From Takakia lepidozioides (Eukaryota; Plantae; Bryophyta), in NCBI GenBank assembly GCA_030704615.1, contig CM060731.1, forward strand, positions 51,026,001-51,090,000: 64,000 nt of DNA. Reading direction: 5' to 3'. The notes under the pieces were generated by a model. The model was not told the DNA's origin and did no database searches. It was given only the letters and a program-made list of their open reading frames with translations. Positions 20,216-39,337 of this stretch are shown here, one piece after another (positions within the stretch are counted from its first letter, which is position 1; each line of letters starts with the position of its first letter). The position numbers and the translations under genes are program-made.

Positions 20216-22999
20216 GTGGGATGTGGACTCTGGAAGGAGACCCAGCGGTTTGTCTGGCATCAGAGCCGGGACAACTGGACGACTCTTGGCACCGCCGCCA
20301 TCACCAGCGTGCCCTATGGAGAACAGAGACAGAGACTAAAGGCAGATGGAAGCAACGAGAGTAATTCACAAAAAGGCGGGGAGGTGAGTACATTGTGGAC
20401 TGATGGACGATGGAAGGAAGCAGAGCACAATTTGGATATGCTGGAGCAACGGGGCTTTCGGGCCTATTCCCGTACATGTGCTCGTCTCTTGCAGGGGTAT
20501 GCTAAGACGTTTGCCTTGGAAGATGGCAAGCAGGTGCATGCCCACATCATCAAAAGCCGAATTGTGCCGGACATATTTTTAGGGAACAGTCTTGTTAGCA
20601 TGTATGTGAAGTGCGGGAGTATTGCGGATGCGCGCAAAGTCTTCGACAACATGCCTGAGCGAGATGTCATCTCATGGAATGCAATGATTGCAGGATTAGC
20701 TCAGCAAGGGGATGGTGCAGAGGCATTTGATCTCTTTCTGAATATGCAGCAGCAAGGTGTGGAGCCTGACAAGGTCACTTTCATGAGCATCCTAAATGCA
20801 TGTGCCATACCAGCAGCTCTGGAACGAGGCAAGCGGCTCCATTCGAGTCTCATCAAAGCTGGATTTGAATCAGATGTCCGAATGGGGAATGCCCTCGTCA
20901 GCATGTATAGTAAGTGCGGGAGTGTGGAGGATGCGCGCCAGGTATTCGACAGAATGTCTAAGCGAGATGTGATCTCCTGGAACGCCATGATCACAGGATC
21001 TTCACAGCAAGGGCAGGGTACAGAGGCATTAGAACTTTTTCGGAACATGCAACGAGAAGGTGTGAAGCCGGACAAGGTCACTTTCGTCAGCATACTCAAA
21101 GCATGCGCCACCCTAGCTACTTTGGAAGAGGGGAAGTCGGTCCATGCCCTCATCACTAAATCTGGATGGGAGTCAGATGTACGGGTGGCGAGTGCCCTTG
21201 TCAGTATGTATTGCAAGTGCGGGAGTGCTGGGGAAGCGCACCAAGTTTTCAACCGGGTGCGTAACCGAGATGCGATTTTATGGACAGCTATGATTTCAGG
21301 ACATGCTCACGAAGAGCATGGAGCAGAGGCATTTGATCTCTTCCTTCAAATGCAACGAGAAAGCGTCAAGCCTGACAAGGTCACTTTCATTAGCGTCCTC
21401 AATGCATGTGCCATCCCAGCTGCTTTGGAACAGGGCAAACAGCTCCATGCGAGCATTATTAAAGATGGTTATGAGTCAGATGTCCAAGTGGGGAATGCCC
21501 TTGTGAGCATGTATTGGAAATGTGGAAGTATGGTGGATGCCCACCGAGTGTTTGACAAAATGCTTGATAGAAATGTGATCACATTCGTCAGCATCCTAAA
21601 TACATGTGCAATCCCAGCAGCCTTAGAAGAGGGCAAGCGCCACCATGCAGGCATCATCAAAGCTGGATTTGAGTTAGATGTCCGTGTGGGAAATGCTCTG
21701 GTCAGCATGTATTTCAAGTGTGGAAGTGTGGTAGATGCGCAGTTGGTGTTTGACAAAATGCCTAAGAGGGATGTGATCTCATGGAATGCAATGATTGCAG
21801 GATATACTCGGCAAGAGAATGGTTCAGAGGCATTTAAGTTTTTCCGGCAAATGCGTCAAGAAGGTATGAAGCCTGACAAGGTCACATTCATTAGCATTCT
21901 CAACGCATGCGCCAGCCTAGCAGCACTTGGAGAGGCCAAGTGGCTCCATTCCCTCGTCATTGAATCTGGATTGGAGTCTGATGTTCGAGTGGGAAATGCC
22001 CTTGTTGACATGTATGCCAAGTGTGGCAGTATGGGGGATGCACAGCGAGTGTTTGATAGGCTTTGGATACGAGACGCGTTCGCATGGACTTCGATGATCA
22101 CTGGACATGCCCAGCAGGGTTGTGGTAAGGAGGCCCTTGAACTCTTTGAACAGATGCAAAGGGAAGGGGTGAAGCCAGACAATGTCACATTTATTGGTCT
22201 TCTCTCTGCATGCAGCCATGTAGGCCTAGTGGATGAAGGCCATCACTACTTCTGTTCCATGAGTAGAGATTGTGGGATCAGACCCACATGGGAGCACTAT
22301 GGCTGTATAGTTGACCTTCTTGGCCGTTCAGGGCGGTTGGACGAGGCGGAAGACTTCATCAAGAAAATGCCTTTTGAACCAGATGCTCCAGTGTGGGGGG
22401 CCTTGCTTGGTGCCTGCAGAGTTCATGGGAATGTGGAGCTAGCAGAAAGGACAGCAGGAGAAGTTCTCAAGTTAGAACCAGAAGCTGCTCCAGTGTATGT
22501 GCTGCTTTCAAACATCTATGCTGCTGCAGGAAGGTGGGATGATGTAGAGAAGATGCGAAGAGTGGTAGAGGTGAGAGGTGTGATAAAGGAGCCAGGGTGC
22601 AGCTGGATTGCGGTCAGGAACAGGTTACATACTTTTGTTGTAGAAGATAGATCACATCCACAAACAGAGGAGATCTATGCTGAGCTGGAGCAATTGACTA
22701 GACAGATGAAGGAGGCAGGATATGTGCCTGACCCCAGTTTTGTTTTGCACGACGTGGATCAGCAGACAAAGGAACAGGCCCTCTGCTACCACAGCGAAAA
22801 GCTGGCTATTGCTTTTGGGCTCATCAGCACGCCCCCTGGGACACCCATTCGCATAATAAAGAATCTCAGGGTATGTGGCGACTGCCACACTGCCACCAAA
22901 TTTATCTCCAAGATTGTTGGGCGAGAGATTATTGCACGGGATGCTAACCGCTTTCATCACTTCAAGAATGGGGAGTGTTCTTGTGGGGATTTTTGGTGA
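20216..22999 (+). CDS. PLS-class pentatricopeptide repeat protein with E1/E2/DYW deaminase domain (organellar C-to-U RNA editing factor); true start uncertain
   Basis: Repeated L-S-P triplets; P2-L2-S2-E1-E2; PG box PGCSW; HSEKLA...CGDCH zinc motif; ends CSCGDFW. Uninterrupted 927-aa ORF. Confidence 0.96.
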   Translation: MGCGLWKETQRFVWHQSRDNWTTLGTAAITSVPYGEQRQRLKADGSNESNSQKGGEVSTLWTDGRWKEAEHNLDMLEQRGFRAYSRTCARLLQGYAKTFALEDGKQVHAHIIKSRIVPDIFLGNSLVSMYVKCGSIADARKVFDNMPERDVISWNAMIAGLAQQGDGAEAFDLFLNMQQQGVEPDKVTFMSILNACAIPAALERGKRLHSSLIKAGFESDVRMGNALVSMYSKCGSVEDARQVFDRMSKRDVISWNAMITGSSQQGQGTEALELFRNMQREGVKPDKVTFVSILKACATLATLEEGKSVHALITKSGWESDVRVASALVSMYCKCGSAGEAHQVFNRVRNRDAILWTAMISGHAHEEHGAEAFDLFLQMQRESVKPDKVTFISVLNACAIPAALEQGKQLHASIIKDGYESDVQVGNALVSMYWKCGSMVDAHRVFDKMLDRNVITFVSILNTCAIPAALEEGKRHHAGIIKAGFELDVRVGNALVSMYFKCGSVVDAQLVFDKMPKRDVISWNAMIAGYTRQENGSEAFKFFRQMRQEGMKPDKVTFISILNACASLAALGEAKWLHSLVIESGLESDVRVGNALVDMYAKCGSMGDAQRVFDRLWIRDAFAWTSMITGHAQQGCGKEALELFEQMQREGVKPDNVTFIGLLSACSHVGLVDEGHHYFCSMSRDCGIRPTWEHYGCIVDLLGRSGRLDEAEDFIKKMPFEPDAPVWGALLGACRVHGNVELAERTAGEVLKLEPEAAPVYVLLSNIYAAAGRWDDVEKMRRVVEVRGVIKEPGCSWIAVRNRLHTFVVEDRSHPQTEEIYAELEQLTRQMKEAGYVPDPSFVLHDVDQQTKEQALCYHSEKLAIAFGLISTPPGTPIRIIKNLRVCGDCHTATKFISKIVGREIIARDANRFHHFKNGECSCGDFW

Positions 23000-23252
23000 A
23001 GTTCTTTATGCAAGAAACAACCACGACCTTCCAATTTATTGGGGCCTTCAGTCAATCCTGTCTCTACTGTTTCCGCTGCCCCCAGAGTCACTCATATGCC
23101 CTGACCAGATCAAAGGCCTCTCTGTATGTCTTTGTCCCTCTGCATGGGCCTACCTACCCTCGGCACTAGCCTGAAATTCTACTCAGGGCAGGGAGTCTAC
23201 CTTTGAACAATGAACAGAAGATGCCCGATGTGCGGGCAGCTGAAGACAATAC

Positions 23253-23981
23253 CAGTGTTGGACTGGTATGTAGGGTCTGGCCGGGTATCAACCGTATTGA
23301 ATAACCGACCCGGCTGGTATTGGCTTTTGTAATACTATGGTTGATAAACCGACCCGGCTGGTATTGGCAATTCCAATACTATGGTTGATAACCGGACCGG
23401 CTGGTATTGCCAAGGCAATACCGGGGTGCATACCTGTATTATGGGCAAAAACAAGGACTATACCATGGTATGAATAGGAAATTGGCTGGGTGCACAATAT
23501 GTTCATTTTTTAGCACATGTAGGGCGGGCCCGCCCCTATTCTTTATTTTTCTTAGCACATGAAGGGTGTCTTATGTGGTTGCAATCAGTCTTCTTTTAAC
23601 TAAGCTTGCTTCAATTTGGATACTAAAATCTGCAACTTTGTTATTATGTAATGCAAAGACTGAATTTTGCAACATAATAATTAATTGCTTTGTGAAATAA
23701 ACTGAAATCTTCTAAATTCAATACATATTAATGATTTAGTGGTTACTTGTATTTTTAATTTTAATTACTTACACCCGGGTTGATAACCGGCTGGTGTTAG
23801 ATTGGAATACCCATCCTATTGATGCCCACAAACCGAAAATCAGACTACTATTGAGAACTGGCGGGTATTAAAATTAAGGGAATCTTTCAATACTATGGAA
23901 CCGGCTGGTATTGCAAATTAATTTCTATTAAAATACCTGGAACGGGCTGGTATTAGATAAAGTAATACCCGCCCAACAGTG
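23253..23981. mobile_element. Non-autonomous hAT-type element (MITE)
   Basis: Termini CAGTGTTGG...CCAACAGTG. Perfect 8-bp TSD GACAATAC at 23245-23252 and 23982-23989. Several internal CCGGCTGGTATT subterminal repeats. Confidence 0.9.
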
Positions 23982-24052
23982 GACAATACCCATTTTCTGA
24001 TGCAATGTCCGGTGTATTCTCATCAAGAACAACCCTCTCCAGGACCGTTAAG

Positions 24053-24553
24053 TACTAGAGATCGAGCCGATCGAGCCGCCTTTGAGGCTCGCCCGTTTAT
24101 ATCCCCTCCCCGGGGCTCTGAATCTAGGCTATCGATGTGGGATAATCGAACCTCAATCATATAGCGGATTCCCGCCGCTACGTGGCGCTATATGATTGAG
24201 GTTCGATTATCCCATATCGATTGCCCAGATTCAGAGACCCGGGGAGGATATAAAGCCCTATGGCCAGACATAGGGAAGAGTCGGCCAACGTGGCCGTTCA
24301 CTGGCGTTAAAAGCAGGTGTGGCGGATTCTCGCCGCTATGTGGCGGATTCTCGCCGCTATGTGGCGCTATATGATTGAGGTTCGATGAACCCATACCGAT
24401 TGCCCAGATTCAGAGCCCCAGGGAGGATGTAAACGGGCGAGCCTCAAGGGATAGTGGGTAGGTTGATGGCTGGTGACATGGGCCTTGGTGGTGGGTCTGC
24501 CGATCTCTGTGCGTAATCGGCCAACCCTGCCGATTCTGCCCTCCTGCTTTTAG
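24053..24553. repeat. Fold-back insertion with a duplicated right arm and 21-nt tandem repeats
   Basis: ~24083-24166 is inverted at ~24186-24253 and again at ~24365-24448. Tandem GTGGCGGATTCTCGCCGCTAT. Confidence 0.75.
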
Positions 24554-26220
24554 CGAACATAGCCCCTGTACCTCTCTGTTCACCAAGTTTGAAACTCTCG
24601 CGGCTGAGCCCAATGCCTGGCCCTTTTGGGGTCTAATTGCTGGGCAGCTCACTTGATGCTTTTGTGTAAGGGCTTTCTGGGGGAAATCTGGAAAGCCCCA
24701 ACCAATCGCTTACAAGTTACACTGTCCCTCACAATTGCAGTGTCCCTTCCCTCTCGTTTTGCCCAAACCTGGGTGTGGGGTCTATGGCCACAAGACTACG
24801 GCAAGCAACATCTTAAGAATACATTTGTCGCTCTGCACGTGTAATACGAGTTATCCTGATTTGCAACCAACATGGACCACAGATCGTAAATGGTTGGTTC
24901 ACAAATTGGGCAGGGGCTTCGTATGCTGGGACATAGGTACCTCCTTAACCTCACGCCCAGTGCTCTGAGTTAGTTCTCTGATGTCTTGGTAGTTTGAACA
25001 TCCCAAAACTTGTGCCTCAATGTGCAGTTTCCTGCAACGACCATTTTCCCAGCCTTGGTAAGGTAGCCCTGGGGTCATGTGGGATCCACGGAACCTCTTT
25101 TGCAAAGGCTCGCTGCAAGAGACACCATGACCTAGGGGGGAGTCAGGGGCTGCATTATTGGAAAACCTACCTGCCTAAAAAATTCAGCACGGCATACCAG
25201 GACCCTTCTGGTATTTCCAATTCAAGACACCAGACCAACACTGGTTTGTTCCTTGTGGAGTGGAGTCTCAGAGATCACAAGTTTCCAACAGTTTGGAGTG
25301 AAGCCGATCGTTCTGAATTCAAACAAAAGCTCCTCAGGACTTGGGAGGGAGGGCGACGAGGAAGAAGGGTGATGAGCCTCGGCGAGCAGCTACCCATGCA
25401 TCGCCACCGTTCATATGGGGACGATCCGGGTCTAGATAGACGAAACGTGTCATTTTATCTGATTTTCATTTAACATGTAGCCACGTGTATAGTTATCGAG
25501 AAGACACCTGTCTAATTGGTGAATTACGTTCATCCAGAGTTGGATGGATGAGTCCGTCGATCATCCCTATTTCATCCTGGAATTGAATACGCGTTGTGAC
25601 ATGGCGGAAAGGTCAGCGCCGCCCGTTCTGAGCCCGGACGTGGCGTGGGGACCCGGCTAGACCGGTCATCTTACGAAGTTGGAGCTTCAAACGACCGGCT
25701 GGAGAATTGCTGGACGACTGGATTCTACCGGTCGCCAGCCCAGGCCCGTGCGACGCTCCGTCTTCGACCGCGCGGGTGGTCGGCGTGAACCCCGGGTGAG
25801 CAGGCAACCGCGGTCGGTCGAGCCGCGTGGCATGCGTGCAGGCCAAGGCAGCAGCGTCTCTCTCAAACACTGTGGATCCTCGTCTCGCAGACGGTCTCAA
25901 GAATTCGGGGTTGTGGCCTCAAGATTCTATAAAGTCTGATCTGTCGGTGAATTTCTCTTCTCAATCTGTGCTTTCCAGAAAGCGGAGAGAGCAATTGCGA
26001 GTGCTTGAGTTGACAGAGCCTGGCTGGTTGTGGAATTCTAGAGTAGGAGGCTGCGGGCACAGCTTGGGTTGTTTGGTGGAGATCATCGTTGGAATTCTAC
26101 GCTTTTGGGGTCTGGAAATCCTTAAGAGCGCCTGTGTTCATCCCTGCCGAAGGGCTCATAGTAATCCTAGGCATCCTTTTGAAGGACGTGAATTCAAACT
26201 GCGTTCTTGGAGTGGTTACG

Positions 26221-28253
26221 ATGGGGACTGCACAAAGTCGCGAAGGAAGAATACGAGACACTGATTCTGATTCTGAGTCAGACTCACAGACAGAGACTGA
26301 ATCAGAATTATCTCAGGAAAGTTCTAACAGCTTTCATTCTGTGAGTGGAGGAACACCCGCCACCCCTAGAGTCAAGGACGAAGGTCTTGATCTGAAATTA
26401 GGAGGTCTTAGCTTGAATGCTCCTCAATCGTTGCAGAGAGTGAAATTATTTCAGCACATTGGCGGCAATACGTCAAAAGGACAATGGGTGGTTGCGGAAA
26501 AACTGGTAGGTTGGGAGTTCCTGCGGGAGGAGGATGGTGATGACGATGAGGAGGTAGATAGATGGAAGGGGAAGGTGCAAAGGGACTTTAAGAGCTGGTG
26601 CTTGGTTGTGGGAAGCAAGATCCAGGCCCGTGTAGACGACAGCCTACACATTCAGTTTTTTGATGAGCAATTGCGTGTGGACTTTCTGTGGAATGGGGTA
26701 TGGGCACTTAAGTTTATGAATTCGGCAGACTATCGAAATTTCAGCACTGAATTCCAAAACCACAGATTTGAGAACACCTACTTTATGGAGCCCACAGAAG
26801 AGAACAAGCTTAAGCTGTTTGGAAAGGATTTCATGGTTTGGGCTAAGGGGGACGGAGAAGAGGAGTCCATATGGCAGGATGCCGAGGACAATTTTGAGCA
26901 AAAGCAAAAGGAGATGAGAGAGACTTACCGCGAGGCTGTAAAGGGTGGAATTGAGAGCCTCACTATGGGGGCTTTGGACAAAAGCTTTTTAGTCAGTAAC
27001 GCTGGCATCGGTGTCTTGTCCAATTTTAACAACGGGGTTCACGGCAAGGGGGTGACAATCCGCTTGCAAGGCACTGACAGTTCTCCCCTCCAGACTGCAA
27101 AGAAAGGGATGCTGATTCGTGGGGAGACCAACATGATGCTGTTCAGTCCTGAGAAGCAGGGACGGCCGCATGCAGCGGGGGTAAGCCAACTGGATCTTAG
27201 CACAGGCCAGATGGTGGCTGAGTGGAAATTTGGGAAAGATGGGAGCCCGATTAATATGAGGGATGTCACAAATGATAGCAAGGGATCTCAGGTGGATGCC
27301 TCAACGTCCACCTTCCTAGGATTGGATGACAATCGGCTATGTCGCTGGGATATGAGAGACAAGCATGGCATAGTGCAACAACTAAATAGCCCTGTGCTGA
27401 ATTGGTCAGAGGGCCACCAGTTTGCTAAAGGCACAAATTTCCAGTGCTTTGCTACAACTGGAGATGGAAGTATAGTGGTGGGTTCCAGAGATGGAAAAGT
27501 GCGTCTCTATGGTGTTACTTCGATGCGGCAGGCCAAAACAGCATTTCCAGGCCTGGGATCTCCCATCACCCATGTTGATGCGACATATGATGGGAAATGG
27601 GTGTTGGCAACAACTGATACATATATGATTCTCATCAGCACTGTGTTCAAGGACAAGGACGGGAGGACGAAAACGGGTTTCAGTGGTCGAATGGGCAGTC
27701 GTATTGCAGCCCCCCGGCTCTTGAAGCTAAGCCCAGTTGATGCGCACAATGTTGGGAGAGGACGCAAATTCCATGGAGGCCAGTTTTCGTGGGTGAGTCT
27801 CTCAAATCATGCTGTTTGTGAGAAATCATGTATATAATTGCTATAGCAGTCTCATCAGCTCCAAGTGCTGTGGCTCATTTTTACTACAGGATGTTTGAAT
27901 GTTTCCTAGTAGTTTTACTCGTCAGTTAGTGGAGGTGGACTGAAAGGATGAGGGTTATCTCCATGTGCCGAATGCAGGTGACAGAGAGTGGACAGCAGGA
28001 GCGGAATTTGGTGGTTACTGTTGGCAATTTCACAGTTATCTGGGACTTTCGCCGAGTGAAGCAAAGTGACCATGAGTGCTACAAACATGAAAAGGGTCTG
28101 AAAAGTTGCTACTGCTACAAAGTGGTGCCAAAGGAGGAGTCAATAGTGGAAAGCAGATTTATGCATGATTCATTCCACACATCGCATGCGCCAGAGGCCC
28201 CTTTGGTGGTGGCTACACCCAAAGATGTCACTTCCTTCGACGTCAATGAATAG
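26221..28253 (+). CDS. VID27/CYPRO4/DEM-like protein (2 exons: 26221-27792, 27978-28253)
   Basis: MGTAQS N-terminus; [16 protein letters not shown]; [19 protein letters not shown]; [16 protein letters not shown]; KSCYCYK. GT-AG intron. Confidence 0.92.
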
Positions 28254-31039
28254 AGAGAACTGGGAAGATGCCATTGATGCAAAGTTTATTTGTAAGGTCC
28301 GAGTGTCTGAGGAAGATAGCAGCGGAGTGTCTCTCTCCCACCTCCCTTTTCTCTTTGATTGTGGATAGTGTAACTTCTCTCAATCAGATGATGTATAACA
28401 CAATGTCAACTCCACCACTTAATCAACACTCCTATAAGAGGATGGGGAACAGTACATTCTTTGTAGATAGTGGCACCATGCAACCTTGTCTTTTCACTTC
28501 CAAATCGACTCGGTGTCATGGATTCATGTTGTGCAGGTCCCGTCAGTGATAGTTATGTCCCAGGGAGGTTAGCCTTCCCCATGAGTAGCTGTACTTTGTC
28601 AGTTCTAGATGCTTTAGTTGATTCTCATGTACAATGGCTTGACCTCCACCTTGTAAAAGTACCCATTCAAGGAGTAAAGTGCACATCTTGCCTTTTCGGG
28701 ACAGTTGTGGTATCAACTTGATCTTTCTGGGGCTCTGGGATATATTTTAATACCACAGGTACAGCTGCTTCATATACCCACATGTGATGATGAACAAGTG
28801 AAACTTCCCTGAGAGAACATTTTTCTCATTCAGGTCAGTGCAGCTTACAACCAAGACCATTCCAAATGTGATCACACTAGACCTGGTCATGTTGCTGTTA
28901 AGTAGGTTTCTGTCGCATGTTTTCTATTAGCCCAGGTGGCCAACGAATGACGAGATCAATGGCCTGTCTTGCTAAACCCGCCAGATTGTCTTCCAATCCT
29001 CCAGAATGCACTATTAGATAGGGATGATAGGGATGTGGGGTCTAACGCCGGGTTGCTTCCCTGGAGGAGGAGGCTCACAGGATTGCAGATTTGGGGCCTG
29101 GACTGCAGGAGAAAGTAACGTGCGCCTGGGGAGTCTTCTAACAAAAGCAGGCCATTGCAAGAGAAACTAATGGGTGAACTGTGTCTCTTTGGAGGCTGTG
29201 AGGATGGGTTTGTCTTGTATAGGTAGATGGTGCAGATTTTCCTGCATGTGAGCACACCACCAAAGCGCATGCTCATGAATTCAGGCAGGGTCATGCTAGG
29301 TTACCGGAAGGTGTTAGAAAAGCATTACTCTCTCTGTGTCTTGCCTTGAGTTTGAATCCATATCATGTCGCAGTTATAAGAAAATTGAGTTTCTGAGCCT
29401 CAGGGGCTGCAGTGTACTTCAAGCATCTTGTGCCAAAGAAAATACCAGCATGAGAAGGGGAAAGCCCTCAAACTCACATCAGAAGCTCAAATAGACCTTT
29501 TTGTCCTGCAGCAAACACCCCAGACATGGTACCTTACTCAGTCCAAGCATCATGAAGGAGGAGATTGTTACCAATCCTATCATGCAATTGTCTTTCGAGT
29601 AATATTTCGCTTTTCAAGATTCCTAAGATGGCCCACGGGTGGGGATTGCCCCTTTTTCTAATATTCCATAAGGTTACAACCACAAGCACATGCAAAGGAA
29701 CCAAGCTTGGGTGAATTGCACTTGTTCGGAGATGCCAAAGCACTTTCCCATCCTGCTACCTGCGCTATGAGTACAAGAGTGCCCCACTGCCTTGAATTTG
29801 GAGAATTGTTGTCTAGAATTTTGCTAGCATAACTCTCTTTAATCCTATAAAAATGCGCTCTCTCCCTTGGCTCTTAGGGCTTCTGTCACCCTACATTGTT
29901 GCTCTATAGTTGGAAAGTACATCAATTGTAGTGGCTTTCCAACCCTTTAGCATTGTGGACTCTCTTTTCGAACTTTCTGGAACTGACCTTTCTCCACATG
30001 CTGCCATGGATGCCGAGCTGTCAACCACCCATGCCTATCCAAATGCATGATCAGGTCTCAAAAATATCTGTAGCCTACAAAATTTATTGAAGCAGAGAGG
30101 CAAGGGCAACAAACGATCTGGAGGATCATTGTGGCATGGATGGATTTCACCCGCAATGTGCAGATAGACAATGAGGGCTGAGTGTCTGAAGTCAATGATG
30201 AGGTGACATTTGCACATTATGCAGGGTCTTGACATCTTCCATCATTTGAGAGCTCTCCAGCCAAGCTTTGACTTCGCAAGATGACACAATATATGCCACT
30301 CCCACCTTTCCACCCCACAATGGTGCTTTAATCAGCCATCAAAGAGTTGCTGGCGTTCTTCACATCCTGAAGCTCATCCCAAACTGGCCTCCAATCAATA
30401 TATCTGAGTGAGCACATTGTAAACTCTGAACTCATGTTTGAGAGGCACCCTAAGATAGCCTCCAAACAAGAGTGCAACCAACTGCAGAATTGAGATAGTT
30501 TCCCCAACCGAACACGTGTTGGTTACAGCACGCCGAACTGCACTTTCGGATTGAATGCTTCATGGTACAACAGGAGCCTTGATTACTGGCTGGCTTCTTT
30601 CCAATTTATGGAGAAGCCCTGAAGCCTCTGCTACTCAAAGGGGGTGAACATTACCCTCTTACATCCAAGAGTGCCTCGGGTCACTGCAACCATTCCAGTG
30701 CTGTGCAACATGTGGCCACAGCCTATTTTACATAGGAAACTAACAGCTACGGCAGAATAAATTGCTTGGCTTTTCACTTGAACAATGGAATGCAGCTTCT
30801 GGCTTCCAGTAATATAGTCTACAACTAATTTAATCTGTTAACAACCTTTTGTTACCACAATGAACGAAAAGATGAACTGCAACCCTGCCCACATTGGTTC
30901 TGCCCCTATACACAATCGTTCCAGCTTGAATTGGAGTACAACTTGAAAAGTGGGCTGCCGTAACAGTTAACAAGGACTCATTTGAGTGCATTGGCTCTGC
31001 AGTGAAGGGAAGCAGCAATTGCTGCTCTTGCCTTGCATA

Positions 31040-37499
<6,460 letters not shown>

Positions 37500-38385
37500 C
37501 CTATGTTACAGGAAAAATCCTGATATGCCGGACGCCCTAACCTTGCATCGATCGCTCTACGCCTGATACACGCCAATCCAAAACTTGCATAGAGCTTGCT
37601 TCAAAGCAGAAGTGAGAGTTTTCCGCCCCCCCCGGTTCCGATTACAAGCCCCTGAGATTCAACTCCAAATTCTTGAGAGCTCCACCATTTACAGAAACCG
37701 CATACAGCAATATCCCCGGTAGATCGCAATCGCCGACAGTCAACCACACACGATTTCCCTGCTTCCGTTCTCTGCTTCCGTTCTCAGTGACAGTCTATCC
37801 CAGACGTGTCCAGTTGAAGGAGCGATAGTGCGCAGAGGATCGAAGACAAGCAGATGATTGACCCGTTCCCAAGCCACAGACGCGAGTAAAGCGGATCCTT
37901 CGGAACAAGATAAAAACGAAAAATTCCAAAAGCTTCTCCAGGCATTGACAATTTCAAATGCACGTCGGCCAGATAGACAGCAGATTGCGAAAACGATAGC
38001 TCCCGATTTCACAGATCGCACACAAGGTGTCGAGGCCAGCACTGTCACCAGTCCCTCTCATTCCGAGCTTCAGCATGCATTCTCGAAAGTGTCAAAGCAA
38101 TCTATGCGCGTAGCAGACAGATTCCAGCATTCCCACGCGGATAGCAGACCAAAGCATCGTCCCTTCCTCCGTCTCCCTCCTTCTTCCCTCCCTGGCCCCC
38201 TTCCTCCCTCCCCCCCCGCACTCGTGAGCGCGTTACCCGCGCCACGCGCTCTCGCCCGTCCCGTTCGGCACAAGCAAATGATGGCCATCACCCCCATATC
38301 ATGGCGCCAATTATCCCCAATAATACCTCTTACTAAAATAACAGCAGCATTAAATTCAAATCAATTCAATCAAAGCTTGCACATA

Positions 38386-38521
38386 GGCTAGTAGCTCAGC
38401 TGCTAAGTGCACAGTGTGTCGCCCTGCTGATTCGGGGTTCGAACGTTCAATCCCAAACCACCTCAAGGGCCTGAAATGTGGGCTGACGCTCCAAGGTTTC
38501 CTTAATAATAATAATAATAAT
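38386..38521 (+). mobile_element. tRNA-derived SINE with (TAA)n tail
   Basis: A box-like TAGCTCAGCTGCTAAG, B box-like GGTTCGAAC, ~60-nt body and a (TAA)6 tail. No TSD found. Confidence 0.65.
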
Positions 38522-39337
38522 GTGGCCAACGCCTTTTTATTTTTATTTAAAAAAAAACTTCGGAAATGACATGATGGGCCAAGTGGACGTGAACAGACTG
38601 CCAGGTGCCGGCGTCGCGCTGGGCCTTGGTCTTCCGATCGTCGGTAATTCCGGTACTTTCCGGGAGGCCGCCGCGGTGGCAGCCGAGCGCGGTCAACCGG
38701 GCTGGACCGGGTTGCGGGGAGGAGCTGCGCCTGGGTCAGCATGGACGCGTTGCACAGCCGTTTGGGTCCACTTGTCGGGCGCTACTTGGCGCATAGCAGC
38801 CGCACCGCGCGTCATTTTCTGAAAAGTGCGTCTGAATTTTCCGTTCGGGTGTTTTGATTGGGCGAGGGTGTCATCACGAGCTGAATCTGGAAAAGCATCG
38901 TAGTCTATTTATACACAGCGTGAGTCATCGACGACATTCCATGATAAGATCGGTCCTCGGTGCTACGACACCTGGGGTTCGAATCTGCACTGGCCGCACA
39001 ACTCACCGCGGTCCACTTGCTTTTTGGTTTGTCATTTCTGGAAAGGGAGGAAGGTCGTAATATTGGTATGGAGGACCACCCCTAAAAATACCCGTAGCGT
39101 GTGGCTATTAACATGGCGAAACTAGGTACACAGGCTGGATCTTCAGTTATGGAGATGTAGGCTGACGTGCCACGTTTTGCCTTTAACGACGTCAGCGACG
39201 TCTTCGTCGAATCGCACGGACGACCGTGTCCGTCGGAAGGGCTTGACTGACGACGAGCAGAGTCAACGAACGTCTGGAGACGTTGAAGATGTGCTCCGTC
39301 AGTCTGCTGGTGTGTTGTGGAGAGGAAGAAGACGGGG

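Larger units (their letters stand above)
23145..24835 (+). mobile_element. 3' fragment of a non-LTR retrotransposon (same family as 47050-48075), carrying two nested insertions
   Basis: GGGCCTACCTACCCT..., the CPxCG...HFL..C zinc-finger coding stretch and the GGGGTCTATGGCCA 3' end align by eye with 47588-48070 once 23253-23981 and ~24053-24553 are removed. Confidence 0.8.
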
